64,000 bases of DNA from Mytilus edulis (taxonomy: Eukaryota): assembly GCF_963676685.1 (NCBI RefSeq), contig NC_092353.1, positions 67,952,001 through 68,016,000 of the forward strand, written 5' to 3'. Under the pieces are notes generated by a model. The model was not told the origin of the DNA. It did not search any database and worked only from the letters and a program-made list of their open reading frames with translations. Of this stretch, positions 12,901-27,900 are shown piece by piece (the stretch's first letter is position 1; each line of letters begins with the position of its first letter). A program made the position numbers and the translations under genes.

Positions 12901-15900
12901 TCAACCCTTTCAAGAAGCTCCTGATGATGTCAACCACCATGATAAATCTGCAGTATGGTGGGGCATTGAACATTTCAAAGCCGACCTGGACTACTTTAAA
13001 GATAAGCAAAAGTTAGAATATCAATATTTATTGTTGAAACAAATTTAATACAAACACAAATCTTAAGAAATCAAAATGTTAATAGTCCACATAAGGTTTC
13101 TTTTAAAATCGTTCTCCAAATTGACATATTAGTAGACTGTTGTAAATAAAGTTTTCAAAACACCATGATCAAACTTTTGGGGGAATCATGTAATACAAAG
13201 CTTTTATACCATGTATACGTAGTGTACTTACTTTATTTATCAGAATAATCACTGAATTAGTGTGTAGGAAGCAATATATTTTATCTATTTACATTAAATT
13301 ATTGAAAAAAAAAATGTTTTTAACTATCGACCAAGGGTATACTTCAAAATAAAAAAAAAATTTAATCGTTTCAATTGTTTCTGTTCGGGAACATTATTTA
13401 GGACAGCTAGACATCTCAACTTTTGTTTGTAGATGTAAGGTACACATATTTTCGTTATATGGTTGTAGGTGTTATATTTCTGGATAAAAGACAATGATAT
13501 ATTTCTCCCGATATGGATATTTAAAGATTTTGTTTCATCTAAGATCATGCTTTTTACAACATAGTATGCTAGGATTAAGCTTCAATTGACCTGAACACGA
13601 CAGAGGCCTAAAAAATCGTTGTTAAATAAGATGCAAGTTTATTGGAATTATTTTCAACAATAAACACATACTTTAATGTCTTGTTTTACGTTTATTTACA
13701 CATAATTAGTTTCAAAAAAATATTTTATGATCAAGTAGTGAAAGAAAAGATACACACTTCATAGGTTCTGCTGTCACTAAATTATACTTAACATACGGTA
13801 TATCGTGTAGAAAGAAAACTTATATCAAAACTCGAAAACACAACACGACTAAAAAATAAAAAAAAATAAGAAGACAAACAGAGAGACAATGAAAACATTT
13901 GAAGAAAACTAAATATTAATAATTTAGATGGGTCAGTTGTTCTTGCTGCATAATGTGATATTATATGTGTGCATAAGCTTCGTTATTTAACGTTATTTTA
14001 GATATTTACGCTTGATTAATAATTTCGGTAGTTTGGATTTGAACACAGATGAAGTGGAAAATGTTTTTGATAACTACATCTGTTATCTCATTTTTTTTGT
14101 GTATTATTATGGAACTTGAAATACAGGAAAAAGTATTACAGTGTACTTATGCAAATTTGTTTACTTTTATTTTGAAAAGGTCTTTACAAAAAGTGATTGG
14201 ATCTCTATTACCATTCTTTGAGCTTGACTTCTTATTAGCAAGAACAGTGGTTGCGTCCATGACATTTCAGGATTTGACAACACTCAAAGATGACACAATC
14301 ATTCCTATTGACATTATCATGGCCGCAGTATATTACTTCGTGAACACATTTCAAACACTTAATTTGGACGCAATGCAGGTAACGCTAGTTATTTTTCAAA
14401 TAAACATTTATCTACTGTTATAAAAAAAAGACAAAAGGTTTTCCAATCTGTGTGTCGTACCGCCACTTTGTCTTAGTTTGTTTCCACATTCACATGCAAC
14501 TTCATAAAAGTGTTCGTTATGAAGTGAAATATTTAATAATCATTCTTATATGATTTGCATATCTATAAATACTTTGATTGGATTGGTCATTTTTCTTTGG
14601 TTTACACTTCGATAAACTATTTTTCTAAAATCAACTTCGTTACCCTCACTGTGATCTATTCATGCTCTATATAATGTGACATTCATGCAGGGATACCAGA
14701 ATTTTCGGCAAATTAAAATTGAAAAACCAATCCATGACAGTTGTTCCAATTCATATATAACAAAAAAAGAAATAACGCATTAAAGCATCAAAAACGAATA
14801 AAATTAAAATTAAAATAAAATTCCGCGAAATTTCATGAATGATTAACGGAATTAACGTCAATGAAAACACGACGTCATACGAATAAAACTTTTAAAACGA
14901 AAGATTGTCTCGTTACTTGTGCACTTCAAATTCGGAAAATATCTCATTAAAATGAATTTTTTGAGGTAGGTGCTATTTCATTTTATGTTCTGTTGCATTT
15001 ATCGAACATTTATGGGTTTTAGAAATTCAATATGGAGGCCAACTCCTCAGTTACGACCTATCAATTTTGAATTTGATGGTATTTATAGTTGCCATTACAA
15101 AAACAAATGTTAATTTAAAGTCGCGAATATTTGGTTAAGGAATCATATGGGCTTTTCAGCTTGTTAGTTAATCGCCGTGGTTTACACATCAATAACCTCT
15201 AGAAAAAAATATGTGATTTTAATCCTATAATATATATGTCATATAAAGGTTTTGTCTCAGATTTCATTTTTCAAGGAACATGGCAAAGAAATAAAAAGGA
15301 AAAGGTTTGGTTTAAGGTAGATTAAAATTTTGGTTTCATGCAATTTGCGGTTATCTTTGTGTGTCAAATTTTTCCAAAGTTTATTAATTACAAACTTGTA
15401 AATATATCCCATTTTATGAATTCACTAATACAGTTTATCGTACCTCGAGTGAATAAAGTAAGTAAGTACGTAAATAATCTATTAGATATAGATTAGTGAC
15501 TTGTGTTTTTCACCAAATATTATATAATACAGGGAAACATAAAAACCATTATTAGAACACCGGACCCTTTTGGGTCTATAAGTGACGTTATGATTGGTTT
15601 AAAGCCATTTCAGACCTCCTATTCAGCCGTATAGAGGTAGTGGATTTCAAATGGAGCTCATGCATAAAGCCAAGTATTCTATTGGTTGTGACATCATAAT
15701 GTATTTTTTTTGTATATTATTTATATCAACTTGGAAGGAAAGTATCATGTGTGATAAATCCGTTATGCGGTTCACAACTGACCCATACGAATTCGTAAAG
15801 GATCCGAAGCACATTACTTTTATTGACACCGATCAAAACTATATTTTGCCGCGCTTGTAATTCGAAGCTCTTTAAATAACAAAAAACAGAATCATGCAAG

Positions 15901-18900
15901 CACTTATTATTCATTGCAGATGGTAATTGGTTAGACTACGATGATAGTTGAACATTCATAATTGGGAAAATAAGATTCTCAAGATTACTTTTTTCTGTAG
16001 TGCATGTTTTGTTACTGAAAAGTTTTTACCCATTATAAATTTCTTGTTTCTAAAGGGTAAAGACTTTTCAGTAAAAGATTTACACGAAAAACAAGTTAGT
16101 TTCATTTCTTTTAATAGATTCTTAAAACTGTGTTTGATTTTTTTTTCAACTTACAAAGTGTTAATGTGTTTTACCATAAACAATCTTGATTATTTTACTG
16201 TTTCTATTTTAGTGAATTCGTCTAATAAGTGTCAATTTTGAAATAAATTGTAAACACGACAAGTACATAGTTTTTGCTTATATGATTAGCCAATGAAAAA
16301 AAATACAACAGGTCTAAATAATTATCAAAGGTACCAGGATTATAATTTAATACGCCAGACGCGCGTTTCGTCTTCATAAAACTCATCAGTGACGCTCGGA
16401 TCAAATTAGTTATAAAGTCAAACAAGTACAAAGTTGAAGAGCATTCTAAATCATTTTTATCTTTATTTATAGGGTTTTAAACAGTTGTTTACCACTGTTT
16501 CGTCAGTGTTACTGAAAATGAATACACAAAAGTAAGCATATTAACCTTATATAACTTTCTCTTACGTCCTACAAAAATGTACATATTGCCTATGCTGACA
16601 CCCCACTTCCATTAGCCTTTGATACAACTACTTTCTGTCATTTATCAAACCTTTCAATCTAAAGGTTATTTTTTGTTTTTACATAACTGAGATGTAGTTA
16701 CAACAATTGCGTAAACGACCCAGAAATAAAGCTATGCATCAAAATTAATCGGCTCTCTTTCTCCTACAATAAATATATCGGGAGAAGAGAACATATGAAA
16801 AAAGATATGGTTGGATTCTTGACAAATAACGGATGGGGATATTATCAAAAATTAAATTAATATATTTTTTTTGTAATTTACCATATACTGTCCGAAATGT
16901 AATACACTTACTTTGTTAACGCATGACTGTAATATCAGTGTAAGTATATATATTAATCAGGCTATCCTAACATATTCAAAGCCTCGATATGGATAGTGAA
17001 ATAGTTTTCCTTCAAATGAGTGTTTAATCAACAGCTTCATTACTAGCACTATACTAATGTCAGACTACATTGCAGGTTGAACTCATTTGACGAGGCAAAA
17101 CGAGCTTACATTATTGGATTTGATGTTCTGAACTTAATCTTCTTTTCAACCAAGGTTGACATACAATTGAGAACAAGACTTTGGATCGCTGTTTCAGAAA
17201 CATTTTGTATTATTGCCAATTGGATTTTTAATTCAATTTCTACGAACGAAGTACAACTAAACGAATTGAAATTTGATCCAATTGACATGTTTGAAAAATT
17301 CAAAAAAGGACTTGCATATGAACTGGATGTTGCACAAACTGACACGTGGCAAGATACAGAAAAATGGATACAGGTAATTAATTGCAAACTTTATATTCCA
17401 TAGATCTTATTCAACATGATAGCCATCACTCAATGCTGGATATCATTCAGACCATCTGCTAATGATTTTTTGCTGTTGATAACCAATTGACTCTTAAATA
17501 TATGACTGCCGTTATTGTGGACAAGAACAAACAAGATTAATTCTTTTAATTCGGAAAACTATATGCTCCATGAATGCCTTTAAACGGACTGGTGGCATTG
17601 CAACTAGTTCGAAATGGTAATGGCCTCCATCAGTCCGTTAAAACTTATCAATACTCAAGATTACATTTTACATAAAATATATTTATTGTCATATTCTCTT
17701 TACTTTTTTATCGTAAGTTTGATATGAAATTTTTTATTGGAGAATTGGAACTTTTAAAATTTTGTGTAGTATTTTAACAATGACACGTTGTGAAAACACA
17801 TTTCCTCTGAGGCCGTATCGTACAAAGCTTTCCTTCTGAGTTGTATCATTGGGCAACTAGTAACTTATGTTATACCGCTATAATTTGAGTTATTTAAATC
17901 GGTTTTTTGAAAATAACACCTTTTGAATGCAAATCCTCTGAAACTGTTTCGTAGAAAGCCATTAACTTAGTAGGATTGTTTATCAATATAATTTTCATCA
18001 TGAGTACTTGAACAATTATACCGTCGTTATAATTTGACCAATTTTAGGAAATTATTTGATTTTGAATAAAGGGACACATCAAGATTAGTAAATAAAGTGC
18101 AGTAAAACAATGATATGAAAACAAAACACATTCTTTAGTCTAATGTGAAAACATGATTGTATTTAATTAGTTTATAGATTTTTGCTTTTATGCAAATAGT
18201 TATCAAAGGTACCAGGATTATAATTTAGTACGCCAGACGCGCGTTTCGTCTACATTAGACTCATCAGTGACGCTCATATCAAAATATTTATAAAACATTT
18301 ATAAATGCAACCATTGTTTTGCAGCTTTGGGATGAATCATTTAACATCAAAATTCCAGATGGTAAAATAAAAACAGATTACTTAAAGCATATGCAAACGG
18401 GTTTCAGAACATGCCTGGAAAAATGGGTTAGTATTTTAAATTGATTTGTACATAATTTATTTTACCATTATCACTTTGCCTCTTATCAAAAGTAGATCTA
18501 TTGAAAATTAAACGCTATGTTAATCTGAAAATAGACACTCACCTATATGTTTATAGATCACGCACACGTTATCAGGAACTTAATTTTGATATCGTATTTT
18601 GCTCAATATAGGATTGCTAGGTTTTTTTCAAGACTATGATAATTGATGTATTGGTCTAAAGCTAGTTATCCTGCTGGGGTCGGTGGTTCTCATCGGTAAC
18701 TCGAATAAAATCTAGAGCCACGAAATAGCGTCAAGTGCCGTCAATTATCTACATGTATCAAAAATCAAACAAAATATGAGCATACTTGTCGGAATAGCAG
18801 CCTTATCGACTCAGTGTAGTAGTAAATGAAAACATTGCTTAATTGTTTAAAGTGTCCAAAGTGCTTTTGTATGTTTCCTACATCAGTAACACTCAAAGTC

Positions 18901-21900
18901 GAATATTAAAAGGCGATAAGAATTGCTATTACTTTTTATTAATATGTCAGTTTTATCTTGTATATCTATCTTTTGATAGATATTTTTTCTTTTCTTGCTG
19001 TCAACTGTATTTATATTGACGTCAAGGAAACAACAAAGTGGCTTCGAACTGTACAAAATGCTCACAAACGACCACCAGAACTTAACAGTTACATGTTATA
19101 GTATACATTCCATTAAGTGACGAATTCATATTTACGACTTGAAACCTGAGGTAAAACCTACTTTACAGGTTATTAAAAAAGAATCTTATTCATATATAAT
19201 GTACTACTTTTATTACAGAAAGAACCATACAAACTGAAAGAAATCATAGACGTATACTGTTCAAGAGTAGAATCTTTTCACCCAGCATTACAAGAAATTC
19301 TCAGTATTTGTGCATTAGAGGTATATATTAACTCCTATCACTCAATATAGCAGCGGTTTGTTTTCATATATATCCTCATAAAGATAGCAGAACAATTCTA
19401 TTGCAAGACAACACATACTAAACTATAACACAGGTTTATAATAAAGTTTTATTGTTTTTGCTATTTGTCTTTATCGTTTTTCATCAAAGGTTCATCCCTC
19501 CAACTATGCATTTAACATTTATAGTGAATGTTCGATTCGTCTTATTCCAGAAATCCCGTATAATATGGAGAAAAATAACACATTTAAATAAGTTGAAGGA
19601 CAGTAGTTTATGAATGACAATGGAAAACAAAAGTGTTTTTGGAAGGTATTTGGAATTAAGTCTTTCGACTATTACGAAGAAGAATTAGTAATAGCCCAAT
19701 GTTCTATTTAACATTTGTTTATTACTCACCTACTGTATTAAGGAACTTCTGAATGATCTTGGTTTGGATCAGACTTTCTAAGATTGATTCGAACCATAGA
19801 CGCAATATTATAACCTTATTTGCGGAAAGACGTGCATATTTTTTGCTTGGTATATCCGTTGAGCTAGGATTTTTTTTCTAGTGCATAAAAAACAAGTATG
19901 AAATATGTTGCTTGACATTGCCATCCAACAGGTCTTACTGTCTTTAACTGTAACGAAGATTAAGAGATGATTGCTACAAACTCATTTTGATCTATATTTT
20001 CATTCCTTTCCAATTTCAACGTCGTGACTTGGTTTTCTTAAACTTGTTTTCCTGATAATTAATGTGCAATGAGGATTGATAGCAATGCTATACTTGCTTT
20101 ATCTCCACTGATGTTAGTTAAAACAAACCAGTTAGTCTCGCTATGTTAGTCATTCATATTTTTGTCTGGGAATATGATCTCGTCTTTAAAATTGTGGGAC
20201 TGGGTTTCCAGATACCAATGACGCGCTTCTCCTCTGGAAGACTTCAGGAGTACTTTTTCATTAATAATTAAGATATTAACAACAACAAAAAAACATAATG
20301 GCGGATATCAAAAGATATTGTAGTTAAAAAATCTATCATTGATTGGCAGAATCAATGAAAAAAAACCCATATATTTCATCATCATTACATAGAACTCGAT
20401 TAAGAACTTTTGCTATTAAGAACAGGTACAATAAGTGCCTCTTCAAAATTCCATCATGCTGGCTTTGTCTAATTTTAGGCTGTTTATGTGTGCATTCACG
20501 ACCTGCCGGACAGTTATCAAGAGTATCAAGGAAACCAATCGAAATATTATGGGGCACTTGTGTCACATGTGTTTGAAAGAAATGTAAACGAAAATGAACT
20601 AAAAGACAAAAAATCTTTTCTTAAACATGCAATGGCATGGCCGCCATTTCCTGTTTTTGTGAGAATGTGCAGTAAGTTGATATTTACACAATTATTTTTA
20701 TGTTTCACAAATAGACGAAAGTAAGACCTCTTTTTGAATTTTAGAAACTTAATATTTGAAACAAAATGTGTATGTATAAATTTATTTCTTTTCATGTTTC
20801 GTAGTTATGGAATGTTATATATTTTAAGTTAAAGTATGACACTGTTTATAATGCTTTGTTATTTTTTGATTGACAAGTCTTTAGAACAACAAATAAAAAA
20901 ATCCTTTTTTGCATTTTGTTTGTATTCTTAAGAAGATGTAGAACATACCTTAATGTACAGCAACTAAGAAGTGCTTACATACATGTATGTGAAATAATTA
21001 ATGTTATTATACTTCACGTTATAATGCCATATTTTGATTGGTTAATACGAGGGTGTTAATTTATTCTATCACATAGCCAATAGGGTGACATTTTTTTTTA
21101 ATGGACAATGAACAGAATTTACATCAAGTTATTAAAGACAATGCTTAAGTTCTACGTTTTGGCTCGGATTCTATTGTTTGACTGACAAAATTAAAAAAAA
21201 TAAAACATCTTGCTTCACTTCTGTAGATTTTTCTAATATTTGTTAATGTTGATATGTATGTGACGTCTTAGAAAATACTTTTAAATGAAATTCATCTGTA
21301 AAAGACACGTATGATAGGACATTCAGTACATATGTAGTGGAAAAAAAGTCGCCACGGTTGACAATGTTTTCTCGAGGTACCAATCTGCTTTATCACCCTC
21401 TCAGCTATCTGTTATTTATATATTTGCGCATAATATCATTCTACGAAACATATGACATTTTTTATTGCTTATGTTAACGAAGAACCTACTGATATTGTTT
21501 ATCATGTGTTATATGTTTATCCTTTATGCTTAGATGTATTCTAATTAATTGATTTCTTTCTACAGAAAACCCTGAGTTTGCAAATTCACTGCATGAGAAA
21601 TGTCTGCAGTATATGAACGTGTGTATCAAGGCTATGAGTGACGCTTGTAACGAACTTCTGCAAGGGCAAATAACATTAGATGTTCTGAAGATCTTGTTGT
21701 CAGGCAAACAGAACTTCATATCCATTGTAGAGGAAATAAATGCTTTTGCAACAGAGTTTATTGAAACAACTTTATGTATTCGAGAAAAAGAACTGGAGGC
21801 TTTTACAACAACATTAGCATATGTGAAGGAGTTCGTCTACGTATGTAGAAAGATAGAAGGTATTTTACTTCCAAAGAAAATGAAACAAAATTTTGCAAAA

Positions 21901-24900
21901 ATAATATTATTTTTAAAGTTTTGTTATACATCTTAAATATACCTGTTATTGTATGTTAATTCTACTTATTTAATATAGTTTCATGTATTGTTTTAAATGA
22001 AAGTACATTTCTATTGAAAAAAGGGCTGTACGTAATTTTATCATACAATAGAGTATAAGTATGTAATTACATAATTTATATGCCGCATCGATCCGCGTCG
22101 GTAAAGCGAGTTAAGTGTTATCCTTTTTCGTCAGTATCTCCGTTCGTCGGTCCATACGTCCCAAAATAAGTTTCCTTTCTATAATTTTGCTTTTCCTCAA
22201 CGAAATGATACAGACTTATACTCATGATTGTGACCAGAAACGCAAAGCAAGTCTGATTTCCGTTGCGTAACATCTCCAGTTCTCTAGACATATTCCTTCA
22301 TAATGATATATGCAAGTGAAGGCATCATCTGTGTCCCATGAACACATTCTCCATTTCCATTTTGATTTCTTCAAATCAATTAATATTTTTTCTATCAATG
22401 ATAATTGTATATCAATATAATCAACTTTAATTTAGGGAATACAGATGATATAGAAATAGCACTTACAGATTTTAAACAAGCGAATGAAATACCGTTGGAA
22501 AAAGTATGCAGGTTAAAACGAGCAGAGCGTATTGAGACACCAACAGGAGATCACAGCATCCCTACATATTTCTTCAACAATTTTGAAGACATACAGCAGT
22601 ATCAACCGTTTGTAACTGTCCTGAGATTTGAAGCATTCGATATGGACGTCATTCCGCAAATCTTACTGTATACAAAGATATACTCTTTTAGTCAAATATG
22701 GAAAAAGACGGGTAGAGAAGTAAAGAAAAACAAAGGAAAAAAATTGAGAATCAATGAAATTATCCTAGAAGTCTGGAAACCATCATATACCTTTTGGAAT
22801 TCCATTTGTTACAAACTAAAAACTGGTGATCTGCTTTTTACTGAATTTGAAGATTACTTTTACCAGGAAGAAACTGAAATTGCAGAAATATTACGAAAAG
22901 AGATTGCTTATTCTAGCACAAGGGGGGATACACAATGGATTCAAATTCGACTTGATCAATTTCAGAATCACAAAATGATATTTGACTGTCTAAAAGGTGC
23001 AAAAGCCATCATGGCGATTGTCCACATATATGACTTAAAAGGTGATTTCAGTCATGTTAACGAAATAATAAACATGGTAAGTTGTTTCTATTCTTTTAAA
23101 ATAAAACAGAATTCGTTTACAATCGCTGCTAAATATCAATTTATATATGGTTTAAAGGCTTGTGTATTTTTTGTAAACCACCATATTAAGATACGATTTT
23201 TAAATCGCCGAAAACAGTAGAAAGTGGGTATTTCCCTTTTTGATTGCATTTTGTAAATACAGCTGTTTTTCAAACCACATCTTTTTTAAGAGAGATATAT
23301 TGCGGTATACAATTAATTCTGAAGAAGTTAAAAAGTAAAGGTAAGGGTAGTACACTATTTTCGTATAAGTTTAAACTCTAGTTCAGTGCATATATAAATG
23401 TTTAAAATATGCTGCACAGCCCTATGTTTTAACCTTTAAATAAAATAGTAGTGCATATCAACTTTCTATTCTAGAATATAATTTTTCACACAACTTCACA
23501 GTAAAAGTGTAACAGTTTTAGCTCCAAGGGGAGTTCTTATGGGATATTGCATTGTCTATATTTACAGAAATGCAACCTTTAACTCCACTACATATCACTC
23601 GAAGAAAGTAAGCGCCAAAATGAAGATGTTGTGTTTTTTTTCAATTGTTTAAAGAAAGTGCAGAACAATCAGTATGCCAATGAATATAATAATTTGCGTG
23701 TGTAATGATTGAAAATGGCATCGTAGACATTTTAACATTTAAGTTTACCTAGGCTACCGTTTTTCGGATTAATTTGGCGGGCAGTTCAAACCTAGCATAG
23801 TGGAGTAAAAAAATGCTGGGTTCCCTTTTCGCTTACATTGGCCTGTGTGTTGCAACTACATGAGCAATGAATGCGAAGAGATATAATTTTATAAACAATT
23901 GGCGAATGCTTACATAAATACTAAGTTATCGTTTTTAGGAAATACTTTTTCTATCAGGCATACTCACAAACATAGCCTCATATGGCTAACGTGACGCGTC
24001 AACATAATGTAACATATTTTCTGTGTAGACTTGTTTTTACTTTTTATTCCCGAAATATTGCCTTTTTTTAAATTTAAAAGTGGTTTGAATATTCTTATAA
24101 CTATATATAAATATGTTTTAAAGGAACCCCTAAAATATAGCATTTTAAAATACAACTTGTACAACTTTTACATGATTCAATTATGAATTATTATTTCAGA
24201 CGGATGGGGAAGATGCAGCCATGAAAACATTTGATGATAGTCTAGTAAAAGCGTGCTCTATACTAGGACGCATAGATGACAAAAAAATTGAGAGTTTGGT
24301 CATGTTTGCAAGGTGTCAGCCTCTTGTCACATGGCTTAAAACATCTATGAGTAAGTCAAACATTATTCATATACTCAGATACATTTAACAAACAAAAGTT
24401 GTACTCGAAATATCAATTAACGAAAAAACGGAAATTCATGGTAGTGCTTTTATAACATAATACTTAAGATTGGTGCAGCAGATCTTTTGATATCATTTCA
24501 TGTTTTGTGTAAAGCTATTCATGTGTGCAGATACTAAATCATCCTTTATTTCGGAACGCTATAGTACCTTCACGTATTTTTATGAGGGTAAAATAAGGAG
24601 ATGCTTCAAACGCACCAAATGTATAAAATAACACGCTGCATGCAATTCAGTTAAAACAACGCCTTTGTTTAACTCTTCATTTAAGTATCCCCTTTTAATA
24701 CGGTAAATGCCAATAATAAAGACCTTAGTGCTTTGATGTACATGTACTTGTAATTGTTGAAATGTAATTTGTTCGCTTCTCACGTTGAATACAGCTTTCC
24801 AAGAATCCGGTACTGACCAATACATATTTTTTTTGCAGTTGCAAATTAATAATCAAGGTGACTGGCTTTGATAAGAAGTTTTCGTAGTGTTTCTTCTGTT

Positions 24901-27900
24901 CACCCCAAAGATTAAAATGTCATTAGAAATCATGATATGTCTATAAGGGACAAACCGACAAAGTATGGAATTTAGATATCTATCGACATTTTGCGGATAA
25001 ATGCGTATCAAACTGAGTTTAATTTTCACATCTATAGTTAGCATACCTTTTTTTTTATTATTAAACACTATATTCCTTGTCAATCTAATTTTAATATTAA
25101 CAGGTGGATTAAAAGAACTCAACGTATTTGTGGATCTTGCGAGCATGTCAGCCGGGGAAACTGATATAGAGGTTGACAGAGCCCAGGTTCTGCATTCTGC
25201 AGCAACTGGGTATGCTCCTTTGATATTCTCATTAAACGAGACCTGCAATGATATGGAATTTATTGAACTATGTGAAACTGTTTGGAAGGAATTGGAAACT
25301 GATAAGAAGCTCCCCAAAAAATTGGTATGTTTTGTACATTTTAAGTAAAAATTATAAATAAAACACGTTGAAGTAAAAGAGTTTACGACGTATGTAATAA
25401 TTTATAAAGCGTTATTTTCATTTATTAACATTGATTAGCTCTGCATTCTTTAACATTATTACTTTCTATGATAAATCGTATTGTTGCTATTTATGTGATT
25501 GTTGTTTTATTTGTTATATTTCATATATGCCTGGATGAGTAGATTAACTCATCATTCATGCCATGATCAAATACAGTTTTTAAACTGTACACCATATATT
25601 TCAGAAACATACCATCCAACATTTGGACTGGTTTAAATCAGTGAAAAAATCACACGGATCCATTGAAATAAGCTCTTTGTCACAGACAAAAGCTATTAAC
25701 TCAAATGGAATATATGAGGTTGGAAACTCAGACATGAATAATCATAGCAGGACACCGGTGAGTGCTTTGTGAAATATAGTAAATGATTATGTGACGATAG
25801 TAGTAACTGATAGAGTGGATTACATTTTATTAAGGAATATTTCTCCTTTTAAATAAAAAAAAAACAAGTGTAAGATTCGTTGTAGCTATTTGAAAGTGAA
25901 ACCTTCAAATTATTGTTAACTAATAAAAGGATATTCTAAGTCAATGAGTTTTTGTATTTTATATCATACAGTGACATGTTTTAGTCGTAGATACATTTAA
26001 TATTTATCTCTGCCACTTTATTTGTGCAGGCACTGAAAGAAGTCTTAACGTTAAATGTGGTGCAGGATGTCGATTCTGATGATGTAGAGTCATTAAGAGT
26101 GAACACTCGGCGCTACAAATATGATCAATTACTTGATTTACAATCTCGACTAATGCTTGTTGCTGGAAAAGCGGAGCAAGGAAAAGATGAAGTTGACAGA
26201 TTTATGTTGGTACGGATTTCCTCAACCTATTCATGTGTTAACTGCATTAATGATAAATATTTCATCACAATTTAAATGAATCTATAAGTCATTAGAAGTC
26301 ATTATTTAAAACAAAAATACTAGCCCACGTGTAATAACTGGTAACCTGTAACCTTATGCTATCCTTGAAGTCAAAAAGTCAATCAAATGATATATCATAG
26401 ACGCATATGCATTCGTTCAATTCTAGCTGTTTATTGAGTCGTGTCTTGTCAGCAAAAAAAATTACATTAACATCACATGATTTAAATTCAAAATTATTAA
26501 AACGTGTACTGAAGTGTTTCGAAAGATCCAACTGAAGACTATTACAAGAACAGCAAAACTCTTAGAACATCGAAAAAGCAAATATGTATGATACCACGAT
26601 ATGACATTAGTTCACTTTCAATGTTCCTTTAAATGTATAATTGAGATTTCAAAATCAGTAAACAACTTTCGCTTAAATTTTTATTCGTTTTGCCAAACGA
26701 TTAAATGATTTTGTCAACCCACTTTACCAGCAAGGAGATTAACAAATATAGATAGAGATATATATATAATAGTATAAATAAAGGCAACACTAGTATTCCG
26801 CTATTAAACAGTCATAAATTGATTGAGAGAAAACAAAATCGGATCACAATCAAACTAAAACAGAGGGAAACATAGCAACAATTAGAGGAAAACAACGGAA
26901 ATATAAAACTAAGCAACAACACTCTATAGGTTGATTTTCTTTTGTTAAATCATAACTGTTTTGTTTTGATTTAGTTTCATTTTATACAATTAAGTTGGTG
27001 CTTTACCAATTGCACACTATCCTTAAATAAAATTCTGTTTTCGTTAGCTTTTCCCATTTCTCGATTTTGTGGACTTGTTGAAGGTAGAAATGGAATATAT
27101 TTTTATAGTGTTCTTAAACTTCATAACAATTTCTCTTTTATTGTTATTTCCCTTGACTAAGAATTAGCATTTATCAAATAGTAACATTTTGATTTTTCCT
27201 TGGTTACCGATGCCGTTCAAATTAATCAACTGTTACAGTACAGTAGAAAATTCTCTCATATTTTGATTTATTAATACATTTTCGTTGATAAAAATTCTCA
27301 AATACTCAGACAATGTTCAACTGTGCTTGTGTGACTATCCTTCATTTCTTTTGGGTGCAAACCTCATCAAGTTAAAATACAGTTATATCCTTGGCCTAAA
27401 ATCATCGTTGTTAGCGTGCATAAAGAACGTATATCAAGAGGAATGTTTCACACGTATCACATGTAGACATTGTTATTTTCATTTACTAACCGTAAAGATC
27501 AATTCTAACCTCAATCTAAAGAGATAATAACAGACCACCACCGTATCCTTGTTTTCCGATTTGACTCTGCCATCATGAATCTTGACAAACTTTATATTAT
27601 AGCAATTGTGAAAAACAAACTACATAAAATATGCGTACCTATAATGGTTTACTTTTATAAATTGTTATTAGTATGGAGAGTTGATTCTCATACCACATCT
27701 TCCTATATCTGTTCATTAGACAATAGGCTATTCATCCAAATTGATTTTTTTTTAGATATTTGATGCTGTGGCTAGGCTTGGAAACATATATGTAAAATTA
27801 GTTACAGATGGTTGCGTCTTATTCAATAACTGGCATGCCACATTCCTTTGTGACAAGAATAGACCTGCATGTGCCTTCTTACATTTTGGACATGGACAAA

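Noticed and set aside
15276-15316. Possible extra micro-exon (EHGKEIKRK...)
   Set aside because: The plausible donors give a phase 0 to 2 exon that would break the frame between exons 10 and 11.
24853-25317. Minus-strand ORFs overlapping RNF213-like exons (also 3678-3992, 33851-34165, 38291-38749, 41963-42271)
   Set aside because: Antisense shadows of real coding exons.
25892-25902. Additional IRF-like motifs (GAAAGTGAAAC here; others near 397-406 and 11803-11813)
   Set aside because: Isolated short A-rich matches are expected by chance in 64 kb of AT-rich DNA, and they lack promoter context.
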